From: Gemmatimonadaceae bacterium
GTDB taxonomy: Bacteria; Gemmatimonadota; Gemmatimonadetes; Gemmatimonadales; Gemmatimonadaceae
NCBI GenBank assembly: GCA_031407575.1
Contig: JANOIJ010000203.1
Span: forward strand, 1 to 44,863
Direction of reading: 5' to 3'
Length of the DNA: 44,863 nucleotides
Shown: positions 42,908 through 44,863 of the stretch, piece by piece
How positions within the stretch are numbered: the stretch's first letter is position 1
Layout of the letters: each line of letters starts with the position of its first letter
The notes under the pieces: generated by a model
What the model was told of the DNA's origin: nothing
Database searches by the model: none
What the model saw: only the letters and a program-made list of their open reading frames with translations
Made by a program: the position numbers and the translations under genes

Positions 42908-44863
42908 TTAGCGCGGCAGCGCCATCGCCACAAGCGACGTCGAATCCGCGGCGCCCATCGCGAACACGATGTACTGCCGCCCCTGGTGCAGGAACGTCAT
43001 CGGCACCGCGGTTGTACGAGACGGGATCGTCACCGCGCCCACCTGCTTGCCCGTCGCCTTGTCCAGCGCATAGAGCTGCACGGGGCCCGGCGGATTGAAG
43101 CTGCGGCCCGTGCTGTAGATGAGCAGCGACTTCGTGTTGATGATCTGTGGTTGCCCGCGTCCTCCCGTGGACAGCGGCAGCGTGACGCCGGCGAACAACG
43201 GATCCTGTGTCGTCACCGGCAACAGCTTGCCGCCGCTGGGAATCCACCACGCCTTGTCGCCGGTCTTGAGGTCATACGCGGTGACACCGCCCAACTGCTT
43301 CGGCTTGAGGATGGAGACGCCGCCGATGAGCGACGCCGACGCGCGACCCGCAAAGCCACCGCCAGTTGCACCCGGCGCGGGTGGCCTGTAGCCGGGGGGA
43401 GGCGGAAGGGCGCCCGCCAGGCCACAGCTGTCGCGCGGTGAGCTGTATCGGAACTCGGAGCACGGATCCTTCTTGAGCGAGATGGTACTCAATCCGCTCT
43501 GCGATCCCACGTAGAACATCCCCGTCTCCGGATCTGCTGCGGCGCCGCCGTCGATGTTCACACCGCCGCTCGCGCCAGGCGCGTACCACGAGCACGTCAG
43601 CTTCGTTGGCCCCGACCCATCCGCGAGCACGGCGGGGATGTAGTGCGGCCCCATGCGACAGCGCCTCGCGAGCTTGAGCGCGGAATCCCTGATCGCCGGC
43701 GTGTAGTCGATGAGGTCCGCCTCGACGAGTCCCTGCTGCGAGTACGGAGCCGGCTTGGTCGGTATCGGTTGCGTGGGCGACGTCTCCTCGCCGGGTACGT
43801 CGCTCTGGAGCACCGGCGTCTCGACGATCGGCCAGATGGGCTGCCCCGTCACGCGATCGAGCACGTACACCCAGCCCTGCTTCGTCGTCTGCGCGACGAC
43901 CTTTCGCCGCTGCCCGTCGACCGTCACGTCGAGCAGGTTGGGGAACATCGGCGTGTCGTAGTCCCAGATGTCGTGGTGCACGAACTGGTAGTGCCATCTC
44001 CGCTGGCCAGTCTTCGCGTCGAGCGCGACGATGCTGTTGCCGTAGAGGTTGTCGCCGGGCCGGTGGCCGCCGTACTCGTCGAGCAGTGGCATGCCGACCG
44101 GGATGTACACGATGCCGAGCTCGGGGTCGGCGGCGTAACCGGCCCATGCATCATTCTTCCCGACGCCATCGCTGCCAATCTTAGAACCCTTCTTCCACGT
44201 CTCGGCGCCGAATTCACCCGGCTGCGGAATGAGGTTGAACTTCCACAACTGCTTGCCCGTGCGGATGTCGAAGCCGCGGACATAACCGGGCAGGTTGTGC
44301 GCGCGGATCGGGTAGTAGCCGTGGATGGACGAGTTGCCGACGACGATGACGTCGCCAACGAGAATGGCCGGCGAGCTCGCGGCGATCTGCCCGTGCACGG
44401 GGTCGATGCCGACGGTGCCGTCCGCGCCGGTGCGCGTCCTCGCGTTCCACTTCTCACCGGGACGCGCCTTACGCGCCGGCGCGGCGTCGCTGATGATCAA
44501 CTCACCGGTGTCGTCCACCGCGAGCGGCACGAGCGGAAAGCCAAGTCCCGCCATGAGGTCCACGACGCCGGCCTTGCCGAACCTGGGGTCGGGCTTGCCG
44601 GTCTTCGCGTCCAGCGACGCGAGGTGATAGCCCGGCGTGACGACGATGACGCGCTCCTCGTTACCGCTGGTCCAGTACGCGAGCCCGCGTCCCGCAAATC
44701 GACGCGGCGCCTTTTGCCAGCGAATGCCCTCGTCCATGCCCCATTGCCACAGCGTCTTGCCAGAGACGGGATCGATGGCGAACGCCTTGCGCCGATTTGT
44801 CGCGACAGTGAACAAACGCCCCTTTGCAAAAAGCGGCGTCGCGCGAAAGTACTCGTCCTCACC
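42908..44863 (-). CDS. PQQ-dependent dehydrogenase (quinoprotein alcohol/glucose dehydrogenase family, 8-bladed propeller), 5' end beyond the window
   Basis: Carries repeated W-containing PQQ propeller motifs (AYDLKTGDKAWW, LDAKTGQRRWHY, FDIRTGKQLWKF, ASLDAKTGKP). The reading frame stays open to the window edge (…GEDEYFRATPLFAKGRLFTVATNRRK…), so the gene is partial. Confidence 0.8.
   Translation of the reverse strand, partial: GEDEYFRATPLFAKGRLFTVATNRRKAFAIDPVSGKTLWQWGMDEGIRWQKAPRRFAGRGLAYWTSGNEERVIVVTPGYHLASLDAKTGKPDPRFGKAGVVDLMAGLGFPLVPLAVDDTGELIISDAAPARKARPGEKWNARTRTGADGTVGIDPVHGQIAASSPAILVGDVIVVGNSSIHGYYPIRAHNLPGYVRGFDIRTGKQLWKFNLIPQPGEFGAETWKKGSKIGSDGVGKNDAWAGYAADPELGIVYIPVGMPLLDEYGGHRPGDNLYGNSIVALDAKTGQRRWHYQFVHHDIWDYDTPMFPNLLDVTVDGQRRKVVAQTTKQGWVYVLDRVTGQPIWPIVETPVLQSDVPGEETSPTQPIPTKPAPYSQQGLVEADLIDYTPAIRDSALKLARRCRMGPHYIPAVLADGSGPTKLTCSWYAPGASGGVNIDGGAAADPETGMFYVGSQSGLSTISLKKDPCSEFRYSSPRDSCGLAGALPPPPGYRPPAPGATGGGFAGRASASLIGGVSILKPKQLGGVTAYDLKTGDKAWWIPSGGKLLPVTTQDPLFAGVTLPLSTGGRGQPQIINTKSLLIYSTGRSFNPPGPVQLYALDKATGKQVGAVTIPSRTTAVPMTFLHQGRQYIVFAMGAADSTSLVAMALPR

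Overview
This 44.9-kb window is about 68% GC and looks like a chromosomal segment of a soil bacterium. Several features are typical of Gemmatimonadota or Acidobacteriota: ECF-sigma-linked Ser/Thr kinases, many lipoproteins, weak Shine-Dalgarno usage, and a characteristic palindromic repeat. All calls are read by eye from the sequence and the six-frame ORF track; no database searches were possible.

I can support about 37 genes:
- a succinate dehydrogenase or fumarate reductase operon in the order sdhC, sdhA, sdhB plus a fourth, translationally coupled soluble helical ORF
- two Hanks-type Ser/Thr kinases. One is a kinase-TPR protein. The other is a 1318-aa PknK-like protein (kinase, P-loop NTPase, helical repeats) whose start overlaps the stop of an ECF sigma factor gene
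- a flotillin and NfeD pair directly downstream of ilvE
- an M20 peptidase
- a MarR regulator convergent with an operon of a GT-C/ArnT-like glycosyltransferase and a membrane PHP-domain phosphoesterase
- a DUF255 thioredoxin-domain protein
- a MarR-GNAT fusion
- an amidohydrolase coupled to a lipoprotein
- three consecutive exported lipoproteins (RCC1-like, unknown, BIG2 plus TolB-like propeller)
- a run of acyl-CoA dehydrogenase, cyclase and glucose-6-phosphate dehydrogenase (zwf)
- an LpxR-like outer-membrane protein
- an amidase, a RidA protein, a Tat-exported FAD oxidoreductase and a lipoprotein cytochrome c
- a vapBC toxin-antitoxin pair with a near-consensus leaderless promoter and operators
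- an NHL propeller protein and a partial PQQ dehydrogenase

I found no rRNA, tRNA, CRISPR array or obvious IS/transposase.

The most unusual content is non-coding, and it is the best candidate for something undescribed here.
- Family A is a 32-nt palindromic unit, TTGTCATCCTGAGCGCAGCGAAGGATCTGCAC. It occurs at 7 loci, usually as inverted pairs that exactly fill intergenic gaps and in places abut or supply stop codons. A related 173-nt cloverleaf-like variant sits in a divergent promoter region.
- Family B is a more AT-rich, 135-180-nt nested-hairpin element present in two copies, one of them inside the sdh operon between sdhC and sdhA.
- There are three short tandem-repeat arrays (12-mer, 7-mer, ACTGG-type) in intergenic regions, and operator-like palindromes at the MarR-GNAT and vapBC promoters.
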